Origin: Candidatus Woesearchaeota archaeon
GTDB taxonomy: Archaea; Nanobdellota; Nanobdellia; Woesearchaeales; WJKL01
NCBI GenBank assembly: GCA_019322435.1
Contig: JAHWIR010000005.1
Span: 199-64,198 of the forward strand
Length of the DNA stretch: 64,000 bases
Reading direction: 5' to 3'
Each line of letters opens with the position of its first letter. The first letter of the stretch is position 1. The position numbers were made by a program, and so were the translations under genes. The notes under the pieces were generated by a model. That model saw only the letters and a list, made by a program, of their open reading frames with translations. It had not been told where the DNA came from and made no database searches. Below, piece after piece: positions 17,878-26,475 of the stretch.

Positions 17878-18891
17878 ATGCTCGATTACAGCAAACCAGG
17901 AGTAGGTATTTTGTTTACAAGCAGTGCAAAAAGAAACAGAACAATACCATTTAAGAAAAAGAATTTGAGTAGAGTTCATTCTATTTTTTCTAAGAAATGT
18001 TCTAAGCATGGGATGAATGCTTTTTTTGCATATCATAAGGAATACAAGGACGGAAAATTGATGCGTGCTTGGTGTAAATATAATAATAGATGGAAATTGG
18101 TCAAGAATGTTGAAGTTGATGCCATCTATTCAAGGTTTGCAGGAAGCATATACAAGAAGAATGAGAAGGATGCGGCAAAAGCAAGATTCAAATACAAGAT
18201 GGCTAAACAGGTTAGCCTGATTAATCATCCTATTATTGACGAGTTCTGCTGGGATAAAAGGCTTGTTGCAGAGATGTTTCCAGAGCTCTGCCCAAGGACA
18301 TTTCTTGTTAATACAGTAAGGGGCTTGAAATTAGTGCTGGGAAAGATTAGAACTGAAAAGATTGTGCTTAAGCCAAGATATGGAACTCTTGGAAGGGATG
18401 TAATAATAACTGACAAAGACAAGCTGCCTGAGATTATTGAGAAGAATACTATTGTCCAGGAATTTATTGATACATCAAAAGGCATTAAAGGAGTTACAAG
18501 GGGAATGCATGATATGAGGCTGTTTATGATTAATGGGAAAGTAGATCATGCTCATATTAGAATACCTAAGAAAGGAACTTTAACTGCAAATATTGCATTA
18601 GGCGGGAAGAAGGTGTTTATACCTAACAGGTTGATTCCTAAGAGAGCAGTAACTATTGCAAGGAAAGTGGACAGGCTGTTCAAGAAATTCAATCCAAGAA
18701 TATTCTCAGTTGATTTTGTATTAAATTCAAAAGGCAAGCCATTCATTGTTGAGTGCAATTCCCAGCCAATGATTGACAAATATGCATTTGGACCATATGC
18801 AAGGATTACTTTCTATGACAGGGTTATTGAAGCAATCAAGAGTGGAATAAAGATAAAAGTTACTGCTCAAAGATGGAATACAAACAAGTAA
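17878..18891 (+). CDS. ATP-grasp family ligase
   Basis: KIVLKPRYGTLGRDVII, IVQEFID, HDMRLFMINGKV and FSVDFVLNSKGKPFIVECNSQP. BRE/TATA aaaaggtttaaaaag upstream. Confidence 0.7.
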   Translation: MLDYSKPGVGILFTSSAKRNRTIPFKKKNLSRVHSIFSKKCSKHGMNAFFAYHKEYKDGKLMRAWCKYNNRWKLVKNVEVDAIYSRFAGSIYKKNEKDAAKARFKYKMAKQVSLINHPIIDEFCWDKRLVAEMFPELCPRTFLVNTVRGLKLVLGKIRTEKIVLKPRYGTLGRDVIITDKDKLPEIIEKNTIVQEFIDTSKGIKGVTRGMHDMRLFMINGKVDHAHIRIPKKGTLTANIALGGKKVFIPNRLIPKRAVTIARKVDRLFKKFNPRIFSVDFVLNSKGKPFIVECNSQPMIDKYAFGPYARITFYDRVIEAIKSGIKIKVTAQRWNTNK

Positions 18892-19217
18892 TTCTAGTTA
18901 GAAAAGATTTAAAACTGCCAAAAGGTAAATTAGCTGCTCAATGTGCACATGCTTCTGTTGAAGCTGTTTTTAATTCTGACAAAAATAAAGTTGCTGCTTG
19001 GAGAAGTCAAGGGCAGAAAAAGGTTGTTTTGAAAGTTAAAGATGATAAAGAGTTAATTGAGTTTTTGAATTTGGCAAAAGCAGCTAAATTGAAGACAGCA
19101 TTGATAACTGATGCTGGCAGGACAGTAATTGCTCCTGGAACCAAGACTTGCTTAGGAATTGGACCTGATTCTGAAGAGAAGATTGATGCAATTACTGGAA
19201 AGCTTAAAATGCTTTAA
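18873..19217 (+). CDS. pth2: peptidyl-tRNA hydrolase, archaeal type
   Basis: 114 aa, KQVILVRKDLKLPKGKLAAQCAHASVEA. Confidence 0.9.
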   Translation: MEYKQVILVRKDLKLPKGKLAAQCAHASVEAVFNSDKNKVAAWRSQGQKKVVLKVKDDKELIEFLNLAKAAKLKTALITDAGRTVIAPGTKTCLGIGPDSEEKIDAITGKLKML

Positions 19218-19218
19218 T

Positions 19219-19866
19219 ATGATAGACAAGATAATAAAAGGCAGAAGAAGCATATCTCATTTTAAGAAAAAAGAGGTTAGTGCTAAGCTTATAGATTCAA
19301 TTATAGATGCTGCAAGCTATGCGCCTTCTAGCTGCAATACACAGCCATGGTATTTTCTTATAGTTAATACTGAAGAGTCTAAGAAGAAATTAAATGCATT
19401 TATCGAATTAGGCTATGATTATACTGCTCGCGAGCTTAAGAAGAAAAGATTTGGAAAGGTTTATGCAAGATTTCTGGATTTCTTTTCTAAATACGGCAAA
19501 TTTGATGAAGCTCCTGTGTATATACTTGTTTTCTCGCGTCCGTATGATGCAAAGCCTTTGGCTCAGGCAGTGAAGATGTCTAAAGACAAAAGGATTTCAG
19601 AGATTGCTGATGAGAGTGTCAAGACCAGCACTGCAATGGCAATGCAGAATCTGTTATTGGCATCATATTCAAAAGGATTAGGGACAAGAGTCAAAGATGG
19701 AATAAAGTTTTTACTGAATTTCAAGAAGTTGAAAGAGAAATTCTATAAAGAATTCAGGATTCCTTTGGATTACAAATTGATATCTGGAATTCAGATGGGC
19801 TGGCCTGCTGAATCAAAAACTGCAAAGAAAAGGTTTACACTTAGTAAGATTAGGAAGTATGTTTAG
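19219..19866 (+). CDS. nitroreductase-family protein
   Basis: Start re-set to MIDKIIKGRRSISHF (TAATATG junction). RRSI..F and SYAPSSCNTQPWYFLIV. Confidence 0.8.
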   Translation: MIDKIIKGRRSISHFKKKEVSAKLIDSIIDAASYAPSSCNTQPWYFLIVNTEESKKKLNAFIELGYDYTARELKKKRFGKVYARFLDFFSKYGKFDEAPVYILVFSRPYDAKPLAQAVKMSKDKRISEIADESVKTSTAMAMQNLLLASYSKGLGTRVKDGIKFLLNFKKLKEKFYKEFRIPLDYKLISGIQMGWPAESKTAKKRFTLSKIRKYV

Positions 19867-19906
19867 ATAAGTTTTTAAAGAAAATTCTAATTCTCTAGTT
19901 TACTAT

Positions 19907-20020
19907 GGGCTCATAGCTCAGCCTGGTTAGAGCGACGGCCTCTTATTGAACTTTGTTCAATCCTTCAGAACGAGTTCTGAAGTAAGCCGTAGGTCACGGG
20001 TTCGAATCCCGCTGAGCCCG
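19907..20020 (+). tRNA. tRNA-Lys(CUU) with a 39-nt intron at the canonical 37/38 position
   Basis: Acceptor GGGCTCA/TGAGCCC, D arm GCTC..GAGC, anticodon stem ACGGC/GCCGT, loop CT-CTT-A|intron 19946-19984|A, T arm with TTCGAAT. No encoded CCA. TATA gtttttaaag lies about 30 nt upstream. One A-C mismatch at the base of the T stem. Confidence 0.85.
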
Positions 20021-20680
20021 TTATATTATATTTTCAGTCAAGAAAGGAATCAGTTTTTTCTCTGCAGCTCTTAAGTGCTGCTGAACTGTCTGTTTTGTTA
20101 ATTTTAATTCTTTAGCTAGATCGTCTAAGTTTGCTTTTCTTGGAAATTCAAAATAGCCTCTGTCAACTGCTAGTTTGATTACTCTGTTTTGTTTTTCTGT
20201 TAAATTCGGCCTGATATGGGGCAAGAAGATATCATCTAATTTAGTTTGTTGAATTGATTTTATTTTGATTTCAAATTCAGGTGGAAGTCTTTCTAAAATA
20301 TGAGCTAAAGGTTCTTTGTCCCAGCAAGCCATTTCCCATAATTCAGTTCCATCTGTTCTTTGAACAACTGGCTTAACTTGTATTATTCTTTTATCCCAAA
20401 GAGGCATGTATATTGCCATCCATCCAGGACGCTTGTTTAGTGTGACAATGAAATTTCCTTTTTGCTCTAGCTTTAATACTGTCTTGTCTTTTTTAAGATC
20501 TTTTAGAAATGCTTTTTTATTTGCTTCATCTCCTTCTAGAATATGTGCTTCGCTGTAATAGAATTCATTGTTTTCTTCCCAAGCATTGACTAAGTAAACA
20601 AAGTCTGTTACTTTATGTTTTTTACATAAAGGAGCTAGGATACAGGTCTTATGTTTTCCTTCAAATATTGCTTTCCACAT
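20021..20680 (-). CDS. HTH_10 (bacterio-opsin-activator-type HTH) transcriptional regulator
   Basis: C-terminal LTEKQNRVIKLAVDRGYFEFPRKANLDDLAKELKLTKQTVQQHLRAAEKKL. BRE/TATA gaaacctttatataaa upstream. The stop abuts the tRNA 3' end. Confidence 0.8.
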   Translation of the reverse strand: MWKAIFEGKHKTCILAPLCKKHKVTDFVYLVNAWEENNEFYYSEAHILEGDEANKKAFLKDLKKDKTVLKLEQKGNFIVTLNKRPGWMAIYMPLWDKRIIQVKPVVQRTDGTELWEMACWDKEPLAHILERLPPEFEIKIKSIQQTKLDDIFLPHIRPNLTEKQNRVIKLAVDRGYFEFPRKANLDDLAKELKLTKQTVQQHLRAAEKKLIPFLTENII

Positions 20681-20796
20681 TTTATACTTATATATGGGGT
20701 AATTTATATAAAGGTTTCTGTTTTTGGTGTTAAAATACTTATATGTAAGGTAAAAGCTTAATATCTTACCATTATGTAGTGGTTTATATGATAAAA

Positions 20797-21174
20797 ATGA
20801 AAGAAGAACCAGGATTAGGAAGCATTGTAAAGCAGATGGCTAAAGATGTTTTTGATAGCTGTGCTCCTTTTCTTATTGGGCTTTCAGGTGCAACTGGCAT
20901 GCATGTTTTGCCTACTTATTACAGATTAGGTAAGAAATTAGATGAGAAAATGGAGAATTATGAACCAAAAACAGAAGGTCTGGAAATGACTCTTCCTCAT
21001 GGTGCTGTGATTGGTGCGTTTCCTTATTTGATGTTTTATGGATATCAAATAATGGAAAAACGCGATTTTAAAGTGTTGTTAATACCTGTTGCAACTAATG
21101 CTGTTTCAGGATTATATGAATGGTATAGGGGAGCTAAGAACAGGTGTAAGTTAGAAGAGGAAGAAAATGAGTAA
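20797..21174 (+). CDS. small membrane protein, paralog of 10071..10565
   Basis: MKEEPGLGSIVKQMAKD... and ...VLLIPVATNAVSGLYEWYRG. The start was chosen by alignment to the paralog; in-frame alternatives are GTG 20779 and ATG 20788. Confidence 0.6.
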   Translation: MKEEPGLGSIVKQMAKDVFDSCAPFLIGLSGATGMHVLPTYYRLGKKLDEKMENYEPKTEGLEMTLPHGAVIGAFPYLMFYGYQIMEKRDFKVLLIPVATNAVSGLYEWYRGAKNRCKLEEEENE

Positions 21175-21493
21175 AACAATATTCATGAATGAAAATACCC
21201 GTCTATTTAGATATGAAATAGATGAAGAATTTTGGGCTGAAAAAAGGAGAAGAAACAAAAAAGGGTTGCTGTGTAAAGAATATGAAACAATCTGCTCTAA
21301 AATATCTGATTTAGCTAAAAAAATATTTGAGAATAGATTTGACTTTATATACTCTGATAGGGAGGACTTATTCAAGGAATTTATTATTTCTGCTGAAACA
21401 AGTTCTGATACTAAAATAGAGATGAAACTCCGTGAAATCTTAAAAGAAATGGAACTACCTTATAAACTTAAACAGACATATAGCATTTATTAG
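21167..21493 (+). CDS. hypothetical protein
   Basis: 108 aa. The start overlaps the upstream stop by 8 nt. Confidence 0.55.
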   Translation: MSKTIFMNENTRLFRYEIDEEFWAEKRRRNKKGLLCKEYETICSKISDLAKKIFENRFDFIYSDREDLFKEFIISAETSSDTKIEMKLREILKEMELPYKLKQTYSIY

Positions 21494-21525
21494 AATCAAT
21501 AAGAAATATCAAGGAGATAAATAAA

Positions 21526-22338
21526 ATGGAAAAATCAAATATAAGTAGTGTAGTTGCTACAGAAGAGAATAGAACCTTAAGGTATTATAAGGGAATTGTT
21601 CACTTAAAAGGCGATCCTAGAGAAGCAACTCATTATGGTCCTTATAATACAGAAGAAGAAGTAAAAGAAGCTGTTTTAGGATGTATAAACAATCCCTTTA
21701 AGGAAATGGGTTTTGCTTATAAAATAGGTGCGCTTATGAGTGGTGAAGATATTGGGGATCTTGTATTAGGAACAAAAGAAAAAAAGGTTAACTCAAATTT
21801 AGATGTCATGATTATTTGTTATGAGCAGGGTGTTTCAGAGGGATTTAAGATTAATCTTAAGGAATTTGAAAAATTAGATGAATGTATTTATGATGGAATG
21901 AGGTGTCCTATTTTAAAAGGCATGGCTGGATTTTATATCAACAATAGAGAGATTGATATCTATGTTTGTGGGTTTGATTCAGTAGAAAAGAAACCAAATC
22001 CTTACCATAGTTGGGATAATATTATTCATTCGATGCATTCCAATCATTTTGGTTTATCTGAGAATGATTTACTAGGCCTTATGTTGATTAAATACATTAG
22101 GGAAACAGGGAAGTATGGAGATTATAGTGATGCCAAAAGAATCGACACTTGTTCTCATCCTTCTGGTGGCGTGCCAAAAATAGTAACTTATCTATCTAAT
22201 GAATTAATCGAACCAGTGATTCGCAATAGGGGTTTAGAAGTAAAAGAATTAGTTAATTTAGAAAACTGGCATTTTGGAAATTGTGATAACTGGAAAGAAG
22301 TAGGTTGGAAAGTTGAGAGTAGAAAAATAGATATTTAA
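21526..22338 (+). CDS. hypothetical protein
   Basis: 270 aa, SD aaggaga, no recognisable motif. Confidence 0.6.
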   Translation: MEKSNISSVVATEENRTLRYYKGIVHLKGDPREATHYGPYNTEEEVKEAVLGCINNPFKEMGFAYKIGALMSGEDIGDLVLGTKEKKVNSNLDVMIICYEQGVSEGFKINLKEFEKLDECIYDGMRCPILKGMAGFYINNREIDIYVCGFDSVEKKPNPYHSWDNIIHSMHSNHFGLSENDLLGLMLIKYIRETGKYGDYSDAKRIDTCSHPSGGVPKIVTYLSNELIEPVIRNRGLEVKELVNLENWHFGNCDNWKEVGWKVESRKIDI

Positions 22339-22454
22339 GCTGTATGAATATTCCAATAACATTTATATATCTCCAATTTAAACTATTTCTTATGGCAAAA
22401 CTTTTAACTATGTTAAAAGGTTTGACATTTTTAACAAATTTATAGATATTAAAA

Positions 22455-24005
22455 ATGGCAAAAGAAATAATGCACTGGGCTGATTCAACAGCAAAGAGGA
22501 TTGTGCAGCAGAGAGGAAAGAAGGCAAAGTATACATTAGCTGCTGGCATAACTCCATCTGGAACAATACATCTTGGTAATTTCAGGGAAATCATCACAGT
22601 TGATCTTATTGATAAGGCTTTGAAGGACTTAGGGCATAAGACCAGATTTATCTATTCTTGGGATGATTATGATGTTTTCAGGAAGGTTCCTAAGAATATG
22701 CCTCAGCAGGATATGCTGAAGGAGAATCTGAGAAGAGCATTGGTGTCTATTCCTGATCCTTTTGGATGCCATGATAATTATGCAATGCATAATGAGAAAG
22801 AGGTTGAGGAAGAGCTGCCTGTTTTGGGAATCAAGCCAGAGTTCATCTATCAGGGTGAGATGAACAGGAAATGCGCTTATGCAGAAGAGATGAAGACAGC
22901 ACTAGAGAATGTTGAGAAGATAAAAGAGATTTTGAATGAGCACAGGAAAGAAGAGCTAGGGGAAGAGTGGCTGCCTGTTTCTGTCTATTGCGAGAAATGC
23001 GGAAAAGAAGCCAATGTTATCCATTATACTGGCGGATATACTTTAGAATATGAATGTGATTGCAAAGAAAAATCTTCTTTTGATTTCAGGAAAAAAGGAT
23101 TTGCAAAGCTGAAATGGAGAGTTGACTGGCCTGCAAGATGGAAATATGAAAAAGTTGATTTTGAATCTGGAGGAAAGGATCATTTTGCAGCTGGCGGAAG
23201 CTTCTGGACAGGGGAGCATATTCTGGAAAAGGTGTTTGAAACAAAAAAGTTTGCTTCAATGAGGTATGAATGGATCTCTCTCAAAGGGCAAGGGCAGTTT
23301 GCAAGCTCTTCAGGAGTTGTGATAACACTGAAAGAGATGGAAGAGGTTTATGAGCCTGTTATTATCAGATGGCTGTTTGCATCAACAAGGCCTGATGCTG
23401 AGTTTGCTATCAGCTTTGATCTGGATGTTTTAACAATATATGAGAATTTTGACAGATGTGAGAGAATCTATTTTAATGAGGAAGAAGTAGAAGAGAAAGA
23501 AAGATTAAAGCAGAAAAGGATATATGAGCTGAGTGCTGTCAATATCCCTAAAAACCTGCCTTATCAGCCAAGTTTCAGGCATCTGACAACTGTATTGCAG
23601 ATTTATGATAAAGACTTGAAAAAAGCAGCTGAGGCTTTTTATGTTAAAAAAGAAGACAAAGAGAAATTAGAGTTAAGATTGAATTGTGCATTGAACTGGC
23701 TGGAGAAATATGCTCCTGATGATTTTAAATTTAGTGTGCAGGAAAAAGTTCCTAAAAATATTAAGATAGATGACAGGCAAAGAAAAGCTTTGAATAAAGT
23801 TGCAGCTCTTTTAGATAAGAAGCTAAGTGATGAAGAATTACATAATAGGTTCTATGAAATCTGCACTAATCTTGGTCTGGAACCCAGAGATTTCTTTAAA
23901 GCAGCTTATTTAGTATTAGTCAACAAGGAGAAAGGTCCGAGGTTAGCTCATTTTATTCTGACTATTGGAAAGGATAAGGTAAAGAAATTGTTTGAAGGGG
24001 TTTAA
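22455..24005 (+). CDS. lysK: lysyl-tRNA synthetase, class I
   Basis: 516 aa with HWADSTAKRI, HIGH-type motif TIHLGNFRE, a Zn-type CEKCGK..CDC and SSSGVV (KMSKS region). Confidence 0.93.
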   Translation: MAKEIMHWADSTAKRIVQQRGKKAKYTLAAGITPSGTIHLGNFREIITVDLIDKALKDLGHKTRFIYSWDDYDVFRKVPKNMPQQDMLKENLRRALVSIPDPFGCHDNYAMHNEKEVEEELPVLGIKPEFIYQGEMNRKCAYAEEMKTALENVEKIKEILNEHRKEELGEEWLPVSVYCEKCGKEANVIHYTGGYTLEYECDCKEKSSFDFRKKGFAKLKWRVDWPARWKYEKVDFESGGKDHFAAGGSFWTGEHILEKVFETKKFASMRYEWISLKGQGQFASSSGVVITLKEMEEVYEPVIIRWLFASTRPDAEFAISFDLDVLTIYENFDRCERIYFNEEEVEEKERLKQKRIYELSAVNIPKNLPYQPSFRHLTTVLQIYDKDLKKAAEAFYVKKEDKEKLELRLNCALNWLEKYAPDDFKFSVQEKVPKNIKIDDRQRKALNKVAALLDKKLSDEELHNRFYEICTNLGLEPRDFFKAAYLVLVNKEKGPRLAHFILTIGKDKVKKLFEGV

Positions 24006-24454
24006 TTCTCCATTCCAGGCAAATCAAAATAGTCATGATCAAATATATAATCTGAGCCTTGCGTTTCTTGCTGGAATTCATATCCTATGTCTTTGATTGA
24101 TGCAACTGCTTCTCTAGCTGAATCATTAACAATTATTTCCAGATCATCTCCTAAACTATAGAATTTGGGTTTTTCTCCGAGAGAAATTTCTGTTGCCCCT
24201 GTTGCTCTATAGACTTTATTAAGGTCAGTCGCTAATATGATGTGATTCAAACCATTTTTCTCATAATCTTTATCTTGAGGATCAAATTTTAGCACTGCTG
24301 AAACAACTTCTCCGTCATTCATAAATCCGAAGATGTTTCTGATATCGAATTTTTTGCCTTTGTAATCTGCTATTAGATAAATACCTAGTTCAGGTTTAAG
24401 GTTAGCATTGAGTATGCAGCTTTTTCTTCCTTCGATTTTTAATATATTTGACAT
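24002..24454 (-). CDS. hypothetical protein
   Basis: 150 aa. Convergent 4-nt overlap with lysK. Has its own promoter module (24476-24494). Confidence 0.55.
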   Translation of the reverse strand: MSNILKIEGRKSCILNANLKPELGIYLIADYKGKKFDIRNIFGFMNDGEVVSAVLKFDPQDKDYEKNGLNHIILATDLNKVYRATGATEISLGEKPKFYSLGDDLEIIVNDSAREAVASIKDIGYEFQQETQGSDYIFDHDYFDLPGMEN

Positions 24455-24475
24455 AGAAAAAAGGAGTTAGAATAC

Positions 24476-24494
24476 TTTAAAAACCTTCGTGATT
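24476..24494 (-). promoter_or_regulatory. BRE/TATA promoter, CACGAAGGTTTTTAAA variant
   Basis: The minus strand reads aatcacgaaggtttttaaa, 22 nt upstream of the ATG at 24454. Confidence 0.6.
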
Positions 24495-24563
24495 TTCTTT
24501 ATAAATAATTTATAAAGGGTTTTTCGTAATCTTTAAATACCCTTTAATTCTTAGGTTAGCAAG

Positions 24564-24923
24564 ATGGGATTCAGAAATCCAAAGAACAAGACGCTTATAG
24601 GGCTTACAGAGAGTGTTACATTCATAGGCTCTGAGAAAAAGAAAAGAATAAGGGCTAGAATAGATACAGGAGCAGATATATGCTCTTTGGACCAGAAAAT
24701 GGCTAAAAAGCTGGATATCGGGCCGATAGAGAAGATGAAGAAGATTAAATCAGCATCTGGGACAAAACGAAGGCCTATTGTAAGAGGAAGGATAGAGATA
24801 GCTGGAAGAAAGTTTGCAAAAGTGAGATTAACCTTGGCTGATAGAAGCAATCTGAAATACAAAGCATTAATTGGGAAAAATATATTAAAGAGGGGCTTTT
24901 TAATAGACCCTAGTAAGAAGTGA
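24564..24923 (+). CDS. retropepsin-like aspartic protease (DUF785/RimB-like, RimK-associated)
   Basis: IRARIDTGADICSLD, directly upstream of and overlapping the rimK-like gene. Confidence 0.7.
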   Translation: MGFRNPKNKTLIGLTESVTFIGSEKKKRIRARIDTGADICSLDQKMAKKLDIGPIEKMKKIKSASGTKRRPIVRGRIEIAGRKFAKVRLTLADRSNLKYKALIGKNILKRGFLIDPSKK

Positions 24924-24943
24924 GAGAGCGAAGAGGAAAAACC

Positions 24944-26047
24944 ATGCCAGTAACATCTGCAATCATATCATTGGGGAGCACGAGCTCAAAATGGACAGCG
25001 AAAGCTATGAAGAATTATTTTAGAGTAGTTGATGAGCTGGATATAAGGGATATTGAGGTTAACTTAGGGCCAAAAGGAGCTGTTGTTCTGTATCAGGGAA
25101 AGCCGATGGATAAGTATGACTGCATCTTTGCAAAAGGAAGCTTTAGATATGCTCCATTGCTGAGCGCGATAACAAATAATCTTTCCAAGAACAGCTATAT
25201 GCCTATTACTGCTGATGCATTTACAATTGTTCATGACAAGCTGTTAACACAATTAGCTTTGCAGCAAAATGGTATTCCAATGCCTGCAACATTCTTGGCT
25301 GCAACACCAGAAGCTGCTAAGAAGATACTCGAGAAGATGCATTATCCTATTATTATGAAGTTTCCGCAGGGAACACAAGGCAAAGGAGTGATGTTTGCAG
25401 ACAGTTTTGCATCTGCGAATTCCATGCTTGATGCTTTGACAGCATTGAGGCAGCCTTTCCTGATCCAGGAGTATATTGAGACAGAAGGCGCTGACTTGAG
25501 GATGATTGTTGTAGGAGATAAGGTTGTGGCGGCAATGCAGAGGCAGGCAGAGATTGGAGAGAAAAGAGCAAATATCCATGCAGGAGGCAAAGGCAAATCA
25601 ATCAAGGTTGATCCTGTAACTGCAAAGATTGCCATAAAAGCTGCAAGAGTGCTAGGAGCTGAGATCTGCGCTGTTGATGTTCTTGAAGGGCATAAAGGGC
25701 CTTTGGTTATTGAGGCGAATATCTCTCCTGGACTGCAGGGAATAACAGAAGCTACAGGAGTCAATGTCGCTGACCATATTGCAAAGTATCTGCACAAGAA
25801 GACAAAAGAGTATGTTGAAACACACAAGAAAAAAGGCGCAGAGGAGATAATGAAAGATATAGGCAAGGTTGGAGGAGAGCCTGCAAAGCAGATCATAACA
25901 GGCCTGGATTTCAGAGGAGAAAGAGTATTGATACCTGAACCAATCATAAAAGAAGCTGGATTCACAGAGAAAGATGAGGTTGTGATGAAGGTGTTGAAAG
26001 GAAAACTAGTTCTTGAGAAGTTTGATATTAAAGAGAAGAAGAAATAA
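24944..26047 (+). CDS. rimK: RimK-family ATP-grasp alpha-L-glutamate ligase with an AbrB-like C-terminal extension
   Basis: LTQLALQQNGIPMPATF, YPIIMKFPQGTQGKGVMF, LIQEYIE, DLRMIVVGDKVV and VIEANISPG. The tail RGERVLIPEPIIKEAGFTEKDEVVMKVLKGKLVLEKF is AbrB-like. An alternative GTG start at 24920 gives a GTGA overlap. Confidence 0.8.
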   Translation: MPVTSAIISLGSTSSKWTAKAMKNYFRVVDELDIRDIEVNLGPKGAVVLYQGKPMDKYDCIFAKGSFRYAPLLSAITNNLSKNSYMPITADAFTIVHDKLLTQLALQQNGIPMPATFLAATPEAAKKILEKMHYPIIMKFPQGTQGKGVMFADSFASANSMLDALTALRQPFLIQEYIETEGADLRMIVVGDKVVAAMQRQAEIGEKRANIHAGGKGKSIKVDPVTAKIAIKAARVLGAEICAVDVLEGHKGPLVIEANISPGLQGITEATGVNVADHIAKYLHKKTKEYVETHKKKGAEEIMKDIGKVGGEPAKQIITGLDFRGERVLIPEPIIKEAGFTEKDEVVMKVLKGKLVLEKFDIKEKKK

Positions 26048-26452
26048 TTAACTATGGCAGCGTTCTTCTTGTTCAGCGTATAAAAAATTTGTAATTTCTA
26101 CTAGTCTCTTTTCATATTGCGGATTTTTTCTGTGTTGTCTTTGTCTATAGAGCTTAATAGCTTTTTGGACTTGTTTTTCTGCTCTTCTAAAATCAACACG
26201 CTTTTCAGAAGGACTAGATTCATATAATGCTAGTTTTATATATATTCCACTTAATTGGAATGGGATTCTATCCAACTGAGACCTTATTTCACTTGGGAGA
26301 GAGTTAATTTCACCTTCATCAAGAGGGTCTTTGTTTAATTTAAATTGTTTTTCTAACTTTTCTAAGTCAAGACGGCTACTAAGATCAGTATCTGCTTCTC
26401 GTCTTTCGAGTAAATCTAAATATTGGTCAAATGGAATTGCTTGTTTTACCAT
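26048..26452 (-). CDS. hypothetical helical protein
   Basis: 134 aa, last gene of a three-gene minus-strand unit. Confidence 0.5.
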   Translation of the reverse strand: MVKQAIPFDQYLDLLERREADTDLSSRLDLEKLEKQFKLNKDPLDEGEINSLPSEIRSQLDRIPFQLSGIYIKLALYESSPSEKRVDFRRAEKQVQKAIKLYRQRQHRKNPQYEKRLVEITNFLYAEQEERCHS

Positions 26453-26475
26453 TTTATTTATTAAGTTTATTCGGT

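Noticed and set aside
19996-20012. tRNA-Lys as a pseudogene because of the A-C mismatch in the T stem
   Set aside because: All other stems pair perfectly, the T loop (TTCGAAT) and U33/A37 are canonical, and a promoter is present. A single mismatch is insufficient to call it a pseudogene.
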